Shown here one piece after another: positions 46,411 through 58,781 of a DNA stretch of 64,000 nt. Position 1 is the stretch's first letter; each line of letters starts with the position of its first letter. The notes under the pieces are model-generated. The model had not been told where the DNA came from. It worked only from the letters and a program-made list of their open reading frames with translations, and did not search any database. Origin of the DNA: Chiloscyllium plagiosum (Eukaryota); contig NC_057753.1 of NCBI RefSeq assembly GCF_004010195.1, positions 9,428,064 to 9,492,063 of the forward strand. Reading direction: 5' to 3'. The translations under genes and the position numbers were made by a program.

Positions 46411-49400
46411 CAATTTGATAAAATATGCTTTATTTCTGTTGATGTAAATATTGTTATAAATCATACCTGGGTACTAATAGTTAGATGCAAGGGAGAGAGA
46501 ATTCCTCAAGAGTCCACTATGAGAACCCCAGGAGACTCTTGTTTCTGGTTTACTTCCGAATAAGAACTTCTTCGTTAAGAACTAGCACCTATCGATTTTT
46601 AATTTTGTTTCATTTTTCTTGTTTTATTCCCTGCTATGATGACACTCTTTGTCTGCATGTTTGACAGGCTGGGAGATTGTGGATTGGGCCTTGATTATCT
46701 GAATGTTTTATTGTTCCAGAAGGTGTAAAAGGGGGTCAAAGCTTCAGCAGAAATCCAACCGAGCTGAGAACAAATGACAATTTACTCTGTGGGAACAGGG
46801 AGATCAACAGAGGACAGAAATCAGGACCTGAAATGAGAGCTGACACCAGACTACCCTGTGATCAGTGCTTTGATAAGCAGTGCCAACCCTCTACCTTTAC
46901 CGAGCTTCCCATTTGACTACCCCCTCAATATTCAGGATCCAGTCCTTGTCATCCTGAAGCCATGTCTCTGTAAGGCATCTCAGATCATAATTATTCTCTT
47001 CAATGTGTGCAGTCAATTCATTCACTTTTGTTACAGTGCAGCATGCATTCAGTCATAGCTTTTCATTTCAATTTTTGTGATCTTTTGAATCCAGCATTGA
47101 TTCCTGGTTTATTTATTTGCCTTATGCCTTTTTGTCATTCTCTGATATTCATTTTCTACATCACTAAATTACTCATCTGCCTTGATTTAGATTGGCCATG
47201 CTACATTGCCCACAGTGTCCAGGGATGTGAAGCTTGGTGGGTTGGCCAATGGGAAGTACAAGGTTCTCTGTTTGTAGTAATTGAAGTAGAAGGCCATTTG
47301 GCCCATCGAGCCTACTTCACCAATCATTAAGATAGTGGCCGATCTATCCAATGTCTCAGCTCCTCCTACCTGCATTATTCAGGCTACCTTTAATTCACTA
47401 CCATGCAAAAACCCATTCAACTGTCTTGAATATACTTAAATGACGCTGCCTCTACTGCTTCCTTGGGCAGAGAATTCCATAGATTCATGACTCTCTGGGA
47501 AAAGCAGTTCCTCCTCATCTCTGTCCTAAATCTACTCCCCATAATATCGAAGCCATGTCGCCTCATCCTAATCTAACCCACAAGCAGAAACAACTTGGTA
47601 GGGTGGGAGATGTGGACTGGTGGCATGCTTTTCAGAGGGGTCAGCATGGACATGATAGGCCGAATGGCCTGCTTCCCCAATGTAGGGCTTCAATGATGTA
47701 TCGCAGTTGTGCTTGCCCTGGATCACAGCACCCAGACCCTCCCACCTTCTGAAAAATCAATGGACAAGCCCCACCCTGCCCTCTCGCATGTGTGTTATCT
47801 AACTGCTTCATCATTTCTAGTGAATACAGCCCATACCTCCCACTGCTGCCGGTAACCTTTACAATACTGATGAAACAATGCAGTACTGAAAGGCTTCTAA
47901 CGATGCCAGTTACTGATTCACAACATTGAAAATACATTGTTGGAGGCTGAAAGAAATGAGCAGTTTAAAACAAAAACCCACCTAACCCTTCACTGGGCTT
48001 CCCGCTCAGCGCACTTTACTTACTGCCGGTAAACCTTAAAGCACTTCAACCCACAGCGAAATCAATTCCCACTTTCAACCAAAATACCAGGTGAACACCC
48101 CATTCATTTGCTGTTCACAAATGAAAGATTTCCCTGTAACTTCCTCTGCTCTCAGTAAGGGCAAAACATCTTTGAAAGCTGCTCTGAATGTCAGTCTTCA
48201 CGACAACATTTCTGCTTTCAGTGAAAACAATTAAGAGTCATACAGCATGAAACCACACCCTTCGTTCCAACTCATTCGTGCTGACCAGTTATCCGAAATT
48301 AACTGGCTCCCATTTGTCAGCACTTGGCCCATATCCCTCTGAACCCCTTCCTATTCATATATCCATCCAGATGCCTTTTAAAATGCTGTAATTCTACCAG
48401 ACTCCACTTCCTTTGGCAGCTTGCTCCACACATGCCATACCCTCTGTGTGAAAAAGTTGCTAATCAAGTTCCTTTTAAATCTTTCCCCTCTCACCTCAAC
48501 CTTAAACCCTCTAGTTTTGTATGCCCCTGTCCTGGGGAAAAGATCTTGGCTATTCACCCTATCCATGCCCCTTATACATTTCTATAAGGACACCCCTCAA
48601 CCTCTGATGCTCCAGAGAAAACAGCCGCAGCCCATTCAGCCTCCCCCTGTAGCTCGAGCCCTTGAACTCTGGCAACAGCCTTGTAAATCTTTTCCAAACC
48701 CTTTCAAAGGTTTCACAGCATCTTTCCTACACCAAGACGACCAGAACGGAATGCCAAACCACTGTCCTGTACATCCTCAACATGACCTCCCAACTCCCAT
48801 ACCCACTGACCAATAAAAGCAAGCATACAAAATATTTTCTTCACTACCATGTCTACCTGTGACTCCACTTTTAAGGAACTATGAACCTGGACCACAAGAT
48901 CTCTTTGTTCGGCAACATTTCCCAGGAACTGTCCAAGTCCTGCCCTGGATTGCGTCACCAAAATTCAACATCTCACATTTATCTAAATTAAACTCCAACT
49001 GCCACTCCATGGCCCATCAGTCCATCCAATCAATTACAATTTATTGCCTTTTCTTTCCTCTCTCATTCGTTAAAAGCTGAAAATCTCCATCCCACACAAA
49101 CTCCCTCCATTCTCACTTTGCTGAACCTAATCCCTGGTGTTCCACATCCTGAAGGGTCTGGTACGTGCTGACTAACAGGCCCACATTCTGGGGGGATCAA
49201 ACTGAACCACGCAGAATACTGAATGGCCTTGGCAGAGTGGTCGTTGGGAATATATTTCCATTGGTAGGAGAGACTAGGACCTGAGGGCACAGCCTCAGAG
49301 TAAAGGGAAGACCTTTTAGAATGAAGATTAGGAGAAACTTCTTGTGCGAGAGAGCAGTGAATCTGTGGAATTCACTGCCACAGAAGGCTGTGGAGGCCAG

Positions 49401-50951
49401 GTCATTGACTATATTTAAGACTGAGATAGATCCAAGGGGACTGCAGGTTACTGGAAGAAAGCGGGAGAATGGGGTTGAGAGACTTATTAGCCATGATTGA
49501 ATGGTGGAACAGACCTTATGGGCTGAATGGCCTAATTATGTCTTATGGTCTCTCGCTGTCCTGGACACAGAGAGAATTGGGAGCAGGACTAGTACACTTG
49601 GTCTTTCGAGCCTGGACCAGCATTGAACACATCATAACTGAATATGAATATACCTACATCTCAGGGGATAGGCTAGGATTTTTTTCACTGGAGCATCGAT
49701 GTTTGACAGGTGAGTCAAGATTAGAGCAGTGCTGGAAAAGCACAGGTCAAGCAGCATCTGAGGAGCAGGAAAATCAACGTTTCGGTGAATGGCAGGTATT
49801 CTTTCCCTCGGGTGGAGGTTTCAAGATTAGGGAGCAAATTTTTTAAGGTGAGAGGAGAAAGATTTTAAAAAGACGTGAGGGACACCTTTTTTCCCCCACA
49901 GAGAGTGGTTTGTATGTGGAATGAGTGTCCAAACGAAATGATGGATGCAGGTACAGTTACAGCATTTAAAAGACATTTGGATAAGTACATGAATAGGAAA
50001 GATTTAGAGGGATATGAGCCAAACACTGGCAGGTGATGAGTTTAGTTTGAGAACATAGTCAGCATGGACTCATTGGACTGAAGAGTCTGTTTCTGTGCTG
50101 TCTGACTAAGTGTTCTATACTGGTCTGAAAACTTGTTTATGCCCTTCCCAATAACCATCCACTACTTTGTTGTTAAAAAAAAGAGATGAACTGAGCCTTG
50201 GACATATTCAACGACCGTCTAAATGCAGGAAGACATCCCCACTTCTGAACTTAATTCCTCTTGCTAATATCCCACTTGCCTTGCTTATTGAACCTATCTG
50301 ACAACAGGTGTAGAAAGACAGCTATTCCCGCCCAAAGCATCGATTCTCCTACTCTTTGGATGTTGCCTGACCTTCCTTCGATTCTGATCGCCAGTATCTG
50401 CAGTCCTCATTTTGTCCACATCCCAATATATTACCACTTAAACCATGCACCTAGAATTAGAATCCTGATTGTGTGGAAACAGGCCCTTTGGCCCAACAAG
50501 TCCAAAGAGTATCCCACCCAAACTCCCTGAACACTGTGGGCAACTTACCATGGACAATTCAACTCACCTGCACATTTTTGGATTGTGGGAGGAAACCAGA
50601 GAACTCCCGCAGACACGGGGAGAATGCGTAAACTCTACAAAGGTCATTGTACCAGCCTCCACCACTTTCCCCCGCAGTTTATTCCATACACACACCCACC
50701 CGGGTCCCTGGTACAATGAACCACTGAGCTAACCACTGAGCCACCGTGCTGCCTCAGCTCTGCCTTTTGTTTCCACAGCAAAGGCTATAACCTCACATTT
50801 GGTACTGTATTTGCCACGTGTTTGCCAGTTGAGACATAGTTCTAGACCAACTTTTCCAGAGTCTGTTACCTCCCTTTCCCTTCAAGTCAACAACTGAATC
50901 CCATGTGAAAAGAAATGGAAAAGGGGTGAGAAAAAGAGAGCACTGCACTTA

Positions 50952-51285
50952 CAGATGTTAGACAGAGGAAGGAAGTTGCAGTCTGGGCTGAAGCTCAATC
51001 TGCGGAGAGAGGAGAAGCTTCAGAAACTCGTGACCCAACTTCCGCATTCAGACAAACGGGCCTCTCTGATTGGTAGAAGGACCAGGGTTCTTCCGGTCAG
51101 TGCAGTGCTGCCCATTGGTTCATGACAAGAAGGTCTCTGCCGTTTTAGCGGACTGCGACGAGCATGCTCGGGTTCTTTTGCTGACACCGCCGCACATGCG
51201 CCGTGCTTGCTGACACCGAGAAGCATGCGCAGTATGCTCTGGGGAGACACTAGTGTTACAGATTTTAAGTGTCCAAATGGCAATG
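50952..51285 (-). promoter_or_regulatory. Type-A promoter / exon 1, pointing left
   Basis: gcatgcgca at about 51223, gattgg at about 51069, acttccgc at about 51038, donor ct|gtaagt at 50952. Confidence 0.6.
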
Positions 51286-51564
51286 GGGCAAAAAAAAAGG
51301 CTGGAATCAGAATTTTATTTTTTTCCCTGTGCCTCGACGTTTTTTTCCTTTTGAAGTTTGCTCAACTTTGTATGTCTTTTTTCCAGGGTAGAGGAAATCC
51401 AAAACTAGAGGACAGTGTTTTCGGGTTGGGTTGGGTTGGGTTGGGGGTGGGGAGATTTAAAAGGATCCCAAGGGGTAACTTTTTCACGCAGAGGGTGGGT
51501 GCGTGTATGGAATAAACTGCTGGGGGAAGTGGTGGAGGCTGGTACAATGACAACTTTTAAAAGT

Positions 51565-51772
51565 CATGATTTGGAAATGTGGGTGTTGAACTGGGGTGAA
51601 CAAGGTTTAAAAAAAAAATCACAACACCAGGTTATAGTCCAACAGGTTTATTTGGAAGCACTAGCTTTCGGAGCGCTACTCCTTCATCAGGTGATTGTGG
51701 AGAATAAGATTGTAAGACACAGAATTTATAGCAAAAGTTTACAGTGTGATGTAACTAATATATATTGAAAAA
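51565..51772 (-). mobile_element. PLE (family 2) terminal-repeat fragment
   Basis: rc ..GAAAGCTAgtgcttccaaataaacctgttggactataacctggtgttgtga. Confidence 0.8.
51659..51693 (-). ncRNA. Minimal hammerhead ribozyme motif (family 2)
   Basis: rc cac-CTGATGA-A-GGAGT-AGC-GCTCC-GAAA-GCTA-gtg; stems I and II pair; AGCU palindrome. Confidence 0.75.
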
Positions 51773-52197
51773 GTTTTTGGGGTTATGTTTGGCGTGGACT
51801 AGTTGGACGAAGGGTCTGTTTCGGCGCTGTCGGACTGTGCGACTCTATATCTGCAAAGAACCTAGAAATTTAATTCCAGCTTTCAGGGGCACTGAGATAT
51901 TATGTTATGAGACAGTGTTATAGGTTATCTTTATTAACTCGTTCACCCGCTCGCTATATCCATTAATACCGGATTTCCATTCATTCATAAAACCGCAGTT
52001 CTATAGTATCCAAAATTTTAAAACAACTTTTTCAAACCCATCACTGCATTTCCACACCTTATCAGCCCCTACCACAAGCAGTGTTTACCTCAGCATACAG
52101 AACAATACTGTCCCCATCAAGTCTCCACTAAACATTACCTGTTAAATACCTTTTAAAGTATGTCCCTTTAAGAAACTAACTGACAAAATAGCGCTTT

Positions 52198-52584
52198 CAC
52201 TGTTTTGATCACACAGCACTGACCCTTGATGTGAAGGGCAGTGCTTGTCACTGGCCACCCGGGTGTTTTCCTATCTTCCTGGTGGTGGAAATTGAATAAA
52301 GATTGGTGCACTTTGTGTCTTTCACTGTGTCTCACACCTGCACACACACACCATGGGTGCTGGGGATAAAATAAGCACTACCGCACTTAGGGGGTAGTGT
52401 GGGGGTTAAAAAAGAAAGGAAAAAAAAATATATATAAAAAAAAAGTGAAAAAAAAATAAACAGGAGAAACAGGGGAAAAATTTTAAAAAAGGGAAGTGTC
52501 ACTGCCCTCTAATAAAGAAAAGAAGAAAAAAAAAGACAAAAAAAAATATAAACAGGAGATTTTTGATTTAGTCCCTACCAAGAA
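52198..52584 (+). mobile_element. Retroposed insertion, probable LINE (L1/Tx1-type) 3' UTR with compound A-tail
   Basis: Perfect 15-bp TSD acaaaatagcgcttt (52183-52197 and 52585-52599), aataaa, several A-tracts. Confidence 0.75.
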
Positions 52585-52822
52585 ACAAAATAGCGCTTTT
52601 ATGAAATTGCGCGAATGAATGAAGCTCGTACCGGCAAATAGCAAATAAATCTCACCACCCAGCTGCAGTAATCAGTTTAATATCATTTATTCTATTATTA
52701 CAATTTTTAACTTCGAGCACATAGGCCTAGTATTAATATTTTAACATTTACTCATTTAAGTGAAAAGACAAACGAACTAACACCTGATTATGCAAGCAGA
52801 CTGGTCAGACATCCCATCAGGA

Positions 52823-53025
52823 ATCCAGATCGGAATGGTGCTGGAAAAGCACAGGAGGTCAGGCAGCCTCCAAGGAGCAGGAAAATTGACTTTTCGGGCA
52901 AAAACCCTTCATGAGGAGGGATTTTCCTGGTCCTCGGAATCTGTCTGACCAGTTATGCTTTTCCAGCACCACTCTAATCTTGACTCTGATCTCCAGCATC
53001 TGCAGTCCTCACTTTCATCTAATGT
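52823..53025. mobile_element. PLE hairpin insertion
   Basis: Inverted arms; direct repeat atcccatcagga at about 52811 and 53026. Confidence 0.8.
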
Positions 53026-54579
53026 ATCCCATCAGGAGTAGCAGCCAGCATTTAGCACGTTTTTAACCCATCTCCTGTCTGCCAGGCCAGAAGTCCTTCA
53101 AACCATTGTGTACTACAGATTAAAAATGTAACACAAGAGTAATGATAAGTAAGAACTGTGTAAAAAGGGGCTCTTGTAAGAACTGTATTTCGGGATTCAA
53201 TTGCCGCCTCGACCTTGTGCTGTGAATGCTGAATAAAGAGGCTAATTTCACCACTCACCGATTTCAGTCGTTATTTGAACATGATCCCACACCAGTTTAA
53301 AGTTGAGTCAGTTTTGGCAGACTGGCCTTCATCAGTCAGGGCTTTGAGTCTACAAGCTGGGAAGTTATGTTGCAGTTATACAGGATGTTGGTGAGGCCGC
53401 ACTTGGAGCATTGTGCTCAGTTTTGGTCACCTTGGTGTCGTGTGACTTCTGACTTCAACTCTGGGTTTGTGTCAAATTTGATGGGATACTTTATCCAGTT
53501 CAGTATATTTAAACAGTATCACTTGGAGGGAAGCATTTGAAACCTTTCAGGAGGTGAGCTCAACTAGATTGAGCTCTACAAAAAGTTATTTGGACTCAAT
53601 TTTACACCAGGACTGGTAGTCAGATGTACAGAACAGAAACAGTTCTGGACTCCCTCACCTCCAAGGAAAATAGTGTTTATCCTATCCATGCCCTTCATGA
53701 TTTTAGAAGCCTCTATAAGGTCACCCCTCAGCCTCTGATGCTCCAGGGAAAACAGCCCCAGTCTGTTCAGCCTCTCCCTGTAGCTCAAACCCTCCAACCC
53801 CCAGCAACATCCTGGTAAATCGTTTCTGATGGAGAAATTAACATTTCGGGTAGAACCCTTCAGTCCTGAACGGATAATACTTGAAATGCTGACTTCTCCA
53901 CCTCCTGGTGCTGCCTGGCTTGCTGTGTTCTCCCAGCCTCCTGCTTGTCTACTTCGGATTCCAGCATCCAGAGTTTTTTTTTTGTTTCTAATGAATAGTA
54001 GAGCAGGCTCAATGGGCTAAATGGTGTAACCTCTGCTCCGATGGTCTTGCGGACTTAGGTTTGTGTGAGAACGTGTAGTCCTGGGCTCAATGAGCAGCAA
54101 TGCCCACTGGAAGCAAAGTTCATAGAATCACAGAAACCCTAAAGTGGAAACAGGCCCTTCGGCCCAACAAGTCCGCACTGATCCTCTGAAGAGTAAACCA
54201 CCCAGATGCATTCTCCTACTCTATTACTCCACATTTCCCCCCTGATTAATGCACCACATCTACACATCCCTCAGCACTATGGGACAATTTAGCTTGGCTA
54301 ATTCATCCTAACCTGCACATCTTTGGACTGTGGGAGGAAACTGGAACATCTGGAGGAAATCCACACAGACATGAGGGGCGAACATGCAAACTCCACAGCA
54401 CTGACTGTCACCCTGAGGGTGGAATCGAACCCAGGTCGCTAGCCCCGTGAGACAGCAGTGCTAACCACTGAGCCACCCTTGAGCCAGCTTGGGGTTGGGG
54501 GGAGGAGAAGTCTGGCAGAAATCAAAATAAGACCCACAGACTCTCCCACTACCCCCACCATCAGAATGGGCAGGGGTTC

Positions 54580-54884
54580 AGTCCTGGCGGCAACCCACAG
54601 CAGCATCACCGGGAGTGCTGGTGCCTCTGCAAGCTGCAGGGGAATGTGAATATTCACCTGCACTCAGGGCAGCTGAACAGCCTCTCCCCAGTGTGGACCT
54701 GCTGGTGCCTCAGCAAGTGGGAGGGACTGTTGAAGGCCTTCCCACACTCGGGGCAGAAGAATGGTCTTTCCCTGGTGATACTGCACCGATAAGACTCCAG
54801 AGCAGATGGGTCAAAAAAGCCTCTCCTGCAGTCACCGCACTTTCACGGTTTCTCCACGGGGCCAGATTCTTCGGGTTTCTCCAT
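54580..54884 (-). pseudogene. C2H2 ZNF pseudogene (ZNF-5), paralog of ZNF-2
   Basis: MEKPEESGPVEKP* (TGG to TGA at codon 14), then [37 protein letters not shown], and a further stop. Confidence 0.9.
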
Positions 54885-55364
54885 GGCCGAAGCTTCAGCC
54901 GCCACACAAACACATGTACCGTCTCTCCCTGCCGTGAATTCCTCTTTCCAGGCTATATACCTGTTTCAGGCTCCACACTCAGTGCACTGCAACAGTAGGG
55001 TCTCTCATCCAGTCCCATTGATGCGGAAAATGTACTCAAACAGGAACCAAAAAGCTTTGCTCCTTCTCACAGAATCACAGTCAAAAATCACTGCAGTCCC
55101 AGTGTCCCAATGTCACTGTCAGACATTGATGTGAAAGTGAGGACTGTAGATGCTGGAGAGTCAGTCTAAACGTGTGGCACTTTTCCAGCACAACAGGTCA
55201 GGCAGCGTCCGAGGACCAAGAGAGTCGATGTTTCGGGCATAAACACTTCATCTGTTGATTTTGAATCTCTCTCTCTCTCCCCCTCTAATTCTCCTGAAGG
55301 TGCTGATGCAGAATCTTACAAAAGGCAGCAAAGTAAAAACGTCAGGACTGCCATCTCTGAATTT

Positions 55365-55893
55365 TAGGTAAAAACAATGATTGCAGATGCTGGAAACCAG
55401 ATTCTGGATCAGTGGTGCTGGAAGAGCACAGCAGTTCAGGCAGCAACCAAGGAGCAGCGAAATCGACATTTCAGGCAAAAGCCCTTCATCAGGAATAAAG
55501 GCAGAGAGCCTGAAGCGTGGAGATAAGCTAGAGGAGGGTGGGGATGGGTAGGGGAGAAAGTAGCATAGAGTACAATAGGTGAATGGGGGAGGGGATGAAG
55601 GTGATAGGAGAGGGTGGAATGGATAGGTGGAAAAGGAGATAGGCAGGTAGGACAAGTCTGGACAAGTCATGGGGACAGTGCTGAGCTGGAAGTTTGGAAC
55701 TAGGGTGAGGTGGGGGAAGGGGAAATGAGGAAACTGTTGAAGTCCACATTGATGCCCTGGGGTTGAAGTGTTCCGAGGTGGAAGATGAGGCGTTCTTCCT
55801 CCAGGTGTCTGGTGGTGAGGGAGCGGTGGTGAAGGAGGCCCAGGACCTCCATGTACTTGGCAGAGTGGGAGGGGGAGTTGAAATGTTGGGCCA
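55365..55893 (-). mobile_element. PLE (family 1) 3' end: GIY-YIG C-terminus, UTR and hammerhead-bearing repeat
   Basis: AQHFNSPSHSAKYMEVLGLLH..LEEERLIFHLGTLQPQGINVDF, then attcCTGATGAagggcttttgcctGAAAtgtc. Absent at the homologous positions (about 7457 and 20115). Confidence 0.9.
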
Positions 55894-57858
55894 ACTCCAC
55901 CTGAAAGTTAATATCTTTCATGACATTGGGATACTGCTGAGAGTGAGCAGTGCACCTTCTTGAGAAACAACTAGACATAAAATGGTTAACGTCCCTGGGG
56001 GTTGGTGAATGAGACATCAAGGCATTGACACCAACACCAGAGAGCAACTGAATATACAGACGTGGCAAACATTGGTGGCAGGCTAGAGTTATAGAGATAT
56101 ACAACACAGAAACAGTCCCTTTGGTCAAACTTGACCATGCCGACCAGATATCCGAACCTAATTTGGCCCTAATTTGCCAGCATTTGGCCCATATCCCTCT
56201 GAGCCCTTCCTATTCATTTACCGATCCAGATGCCTTTTAAATGTCAGAATTGCACCAGCCTGCATTACTTCTTCTGGCAGCTCATTCCTTACATGCACCA
56301 CCTTCTGCATGAAAATGTTGCCCCTTGACTCCCTTTTAAATCTTTGCCCCCCTCACGCTAAACATATTACCCTCTAGTTCTGGACATCCGCCATTCCAGG
56401 GAAAAGACCTTGTCTGTCTACCCTATCCATGCCAGTCATGATTTTATAACTGTGTATCAGGTCACCTTGCAGCTTCCGGCGCACTAGTGAAAACAGCTCA
56501 AACCCTGAAACCCTGGTAACATCCTTGTCAATCTTTTCTGAACCCTTTCAAGTTTCACAACATCGTCCTGATAGGAGGGAGACCAGAACTGCACATAATA
56601 TTCCAAAAGTGGCCTAACCAATGTTCTGTGCAGCCACAACACAACCTCCCAACTCCTATACTCAAAGGATTGGGAAAGTTTTCAAAGCCCACAAAAGACA
56701 ACAGGAAAGAATGGAGGGACAAGCTGAACTGTTGAGGGTCAGCTTGGAAGTATCAATGCCTGAGGGCAGGGGGTGGGGTGGGGTGGGGTGGGGTGGGGTG
56801 GGGTGGGGGTGGGGGTGGGGAAGGAAGCCAAATGTGCTGGAGCCAGGGGGAAAACAAGAAATTAGAATGCCTGCAATGTGGAAACAGACCCTTCAGCCCC
56901 ACATGTCCACACCGACCCTCCGAAGTGTATTCCACTCAAACCCAGTCCCCTACCCTAGGACTCTACATTTACTCCTAACTAACCCATCCTGAACACTATG
57001 GACAACTTAGCACGGCCAATTCACCCTAACCTGCACACACTGGGAGAATGTAGAAACTCCACACAGACAGAGTCACCTGAGGCTGGAATCGAATCCGGGT
57101 CCCTGGCGCTGTGAGGCAGTAGTGCTAACCACTGAGCCACCACGCCTTCCCTTTCCATTCCCTACCAAGTCACATAGCTCAAGTTCAAGCAAAGCACTGT
57201 GTTTAATTTTAGCTTCACATTCACTGAACCTTCCTCCCGTGTAATACACTATTTCCCTCCCCTACCTCATCCCTGGGAAATGCAAAGAGTTGTGAAACTC
57301 TGGAGCTGGGTGACTGCCACATTGAATTCTTACAGTGCGGGAACAGGCCATTTGGCCTAACAGGTCCACACAAACCCTCCAAAGAGTAACCTGCCCACAC
57401 CTATTCCCTTACCACTCGACACTTACCCCTGATTAACGCACCCACCCTGCACACTCATGGGCATTTAGCATGGCCAATACATCCTAACCTGCACATCTTT
57501 GGATTATGGGAGGAAACTGGAGAACCTGGAAGAAACCCACACAGACATGGTGGGGGGGGGTAGAACGTGCAAACTCCACACAGACAGTCGCCCCAAGGAA
57601 TTGATTCCGGGTCCCTGACGCTGTGAGGCAGCAATGCTAACCACTGAGCCATGGTGCTGCCCCTATGTGCTGGAAGAGGTGGAGGCTGGGACCTCTATTG
57701 ACTGTACCGCACAATGAATTGTTGAATAAGGTTAAATCGCATGCGATCCGGGGAGAGCTCGTCAACTGGGTACAAAATTTAGGAGCGCATTGCTACAGAT
57801 GCTGGAATCTCTCCTGAAAACAACAAATGCTGGAGATCACAGCGGGTCAGGCAGCGTC

Positions 57859-58781
57859 TGTTAGGTTCTTTTTTGGAGTTTCTCACACACTTGACGCCAT
57901 TGCAACACCAACTTCTGTGAACAAGCAACCAAATGCATTAAACACAGTACAGTACAGGCTTTCTGGAGGCACCTTTAATGGGGTCATGGCAAAAGCTCTC
58001 TCTGAACAAAGGAAACAATTCAAGTTGATTAAAACTTGGGCAATCTAGGTGACCCCCCCTTTGATGAGAAAGTGAGGACTGCAGATGCTGGAGATCAGAG
58101 CTGAAAATGTGTTGCTGGAAAAGCGCAGCAGGTCTTGCAGCATCCAGGGAACAGGAGAATCGACGTTTCGGGCAAGGGCTTATGCCCGAAACGTCGATTC
58201 TCCTGTTCCTTGGATGCTGCCTGACCTGCTGCGCTTTTCCAGCAACACATTTTCAGCTCTGACCCCCCCCTTTGATCCCCATCACAGGCATGTGAGGTTG
58301 AGTCAAAGTGAGGCACTCAACAAAGAAAGCTTATCCCCTTTATCCAGGTCAGTTGCAATGCCCTGATACACTGGCCACTCCCCCACAGTCACATGCTTCT
58401 TAAGACAATCCCCAGTTACTCACAGTCACATGGTACCCCAGGTACAATGGCAGGATGAGCTCATCCTCTGAGTTAACGCTCATGCTAATGCCCCAATCCT
58501 GGGGAATCGTTAAACAGATGACTTCCTTACTCAGTGATTTCCCCAAGACAATGAAGGTATGAGATACCTCTGGCCAGAAAGCATTTCTGAATGAAAGAGA
58601 TTGAATTGATGGTTAACTTGACAATAGCAGGGGAGGAATGTCGAAATGAAGTGCAAATTACAATGGATAGTCATCAGCATTCTTTCATGGCTGTGTCCCC
58701 ACCCAAAAACAGTGCAGTTTAACGCTCTAATAGTACATTAATGTACAGAGAGATATTCCTATTTAATCTTTTAACATCACA
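57859..58781. mobile_element. Probable solo LTR with a nested PLE hairpin (about 58066-58260)
   Basis: Termini tgttaggtt / aacatcaca; 4-bp TSD cgtc / catc; empty site at about 28300-28312. Confidence 0.65.

Noticed and set aside
52660..52700. U2 snRNA gene or pseudogene
   Set aside because: Only 14 nt match; no Sm site or other U2 sequence.
56768..56822. (GGGGT)n G-quadruplex-forming tract
   Set aside because: A simple repeat expanded relative to its paralog (about 21040-21063); no evidence of function.
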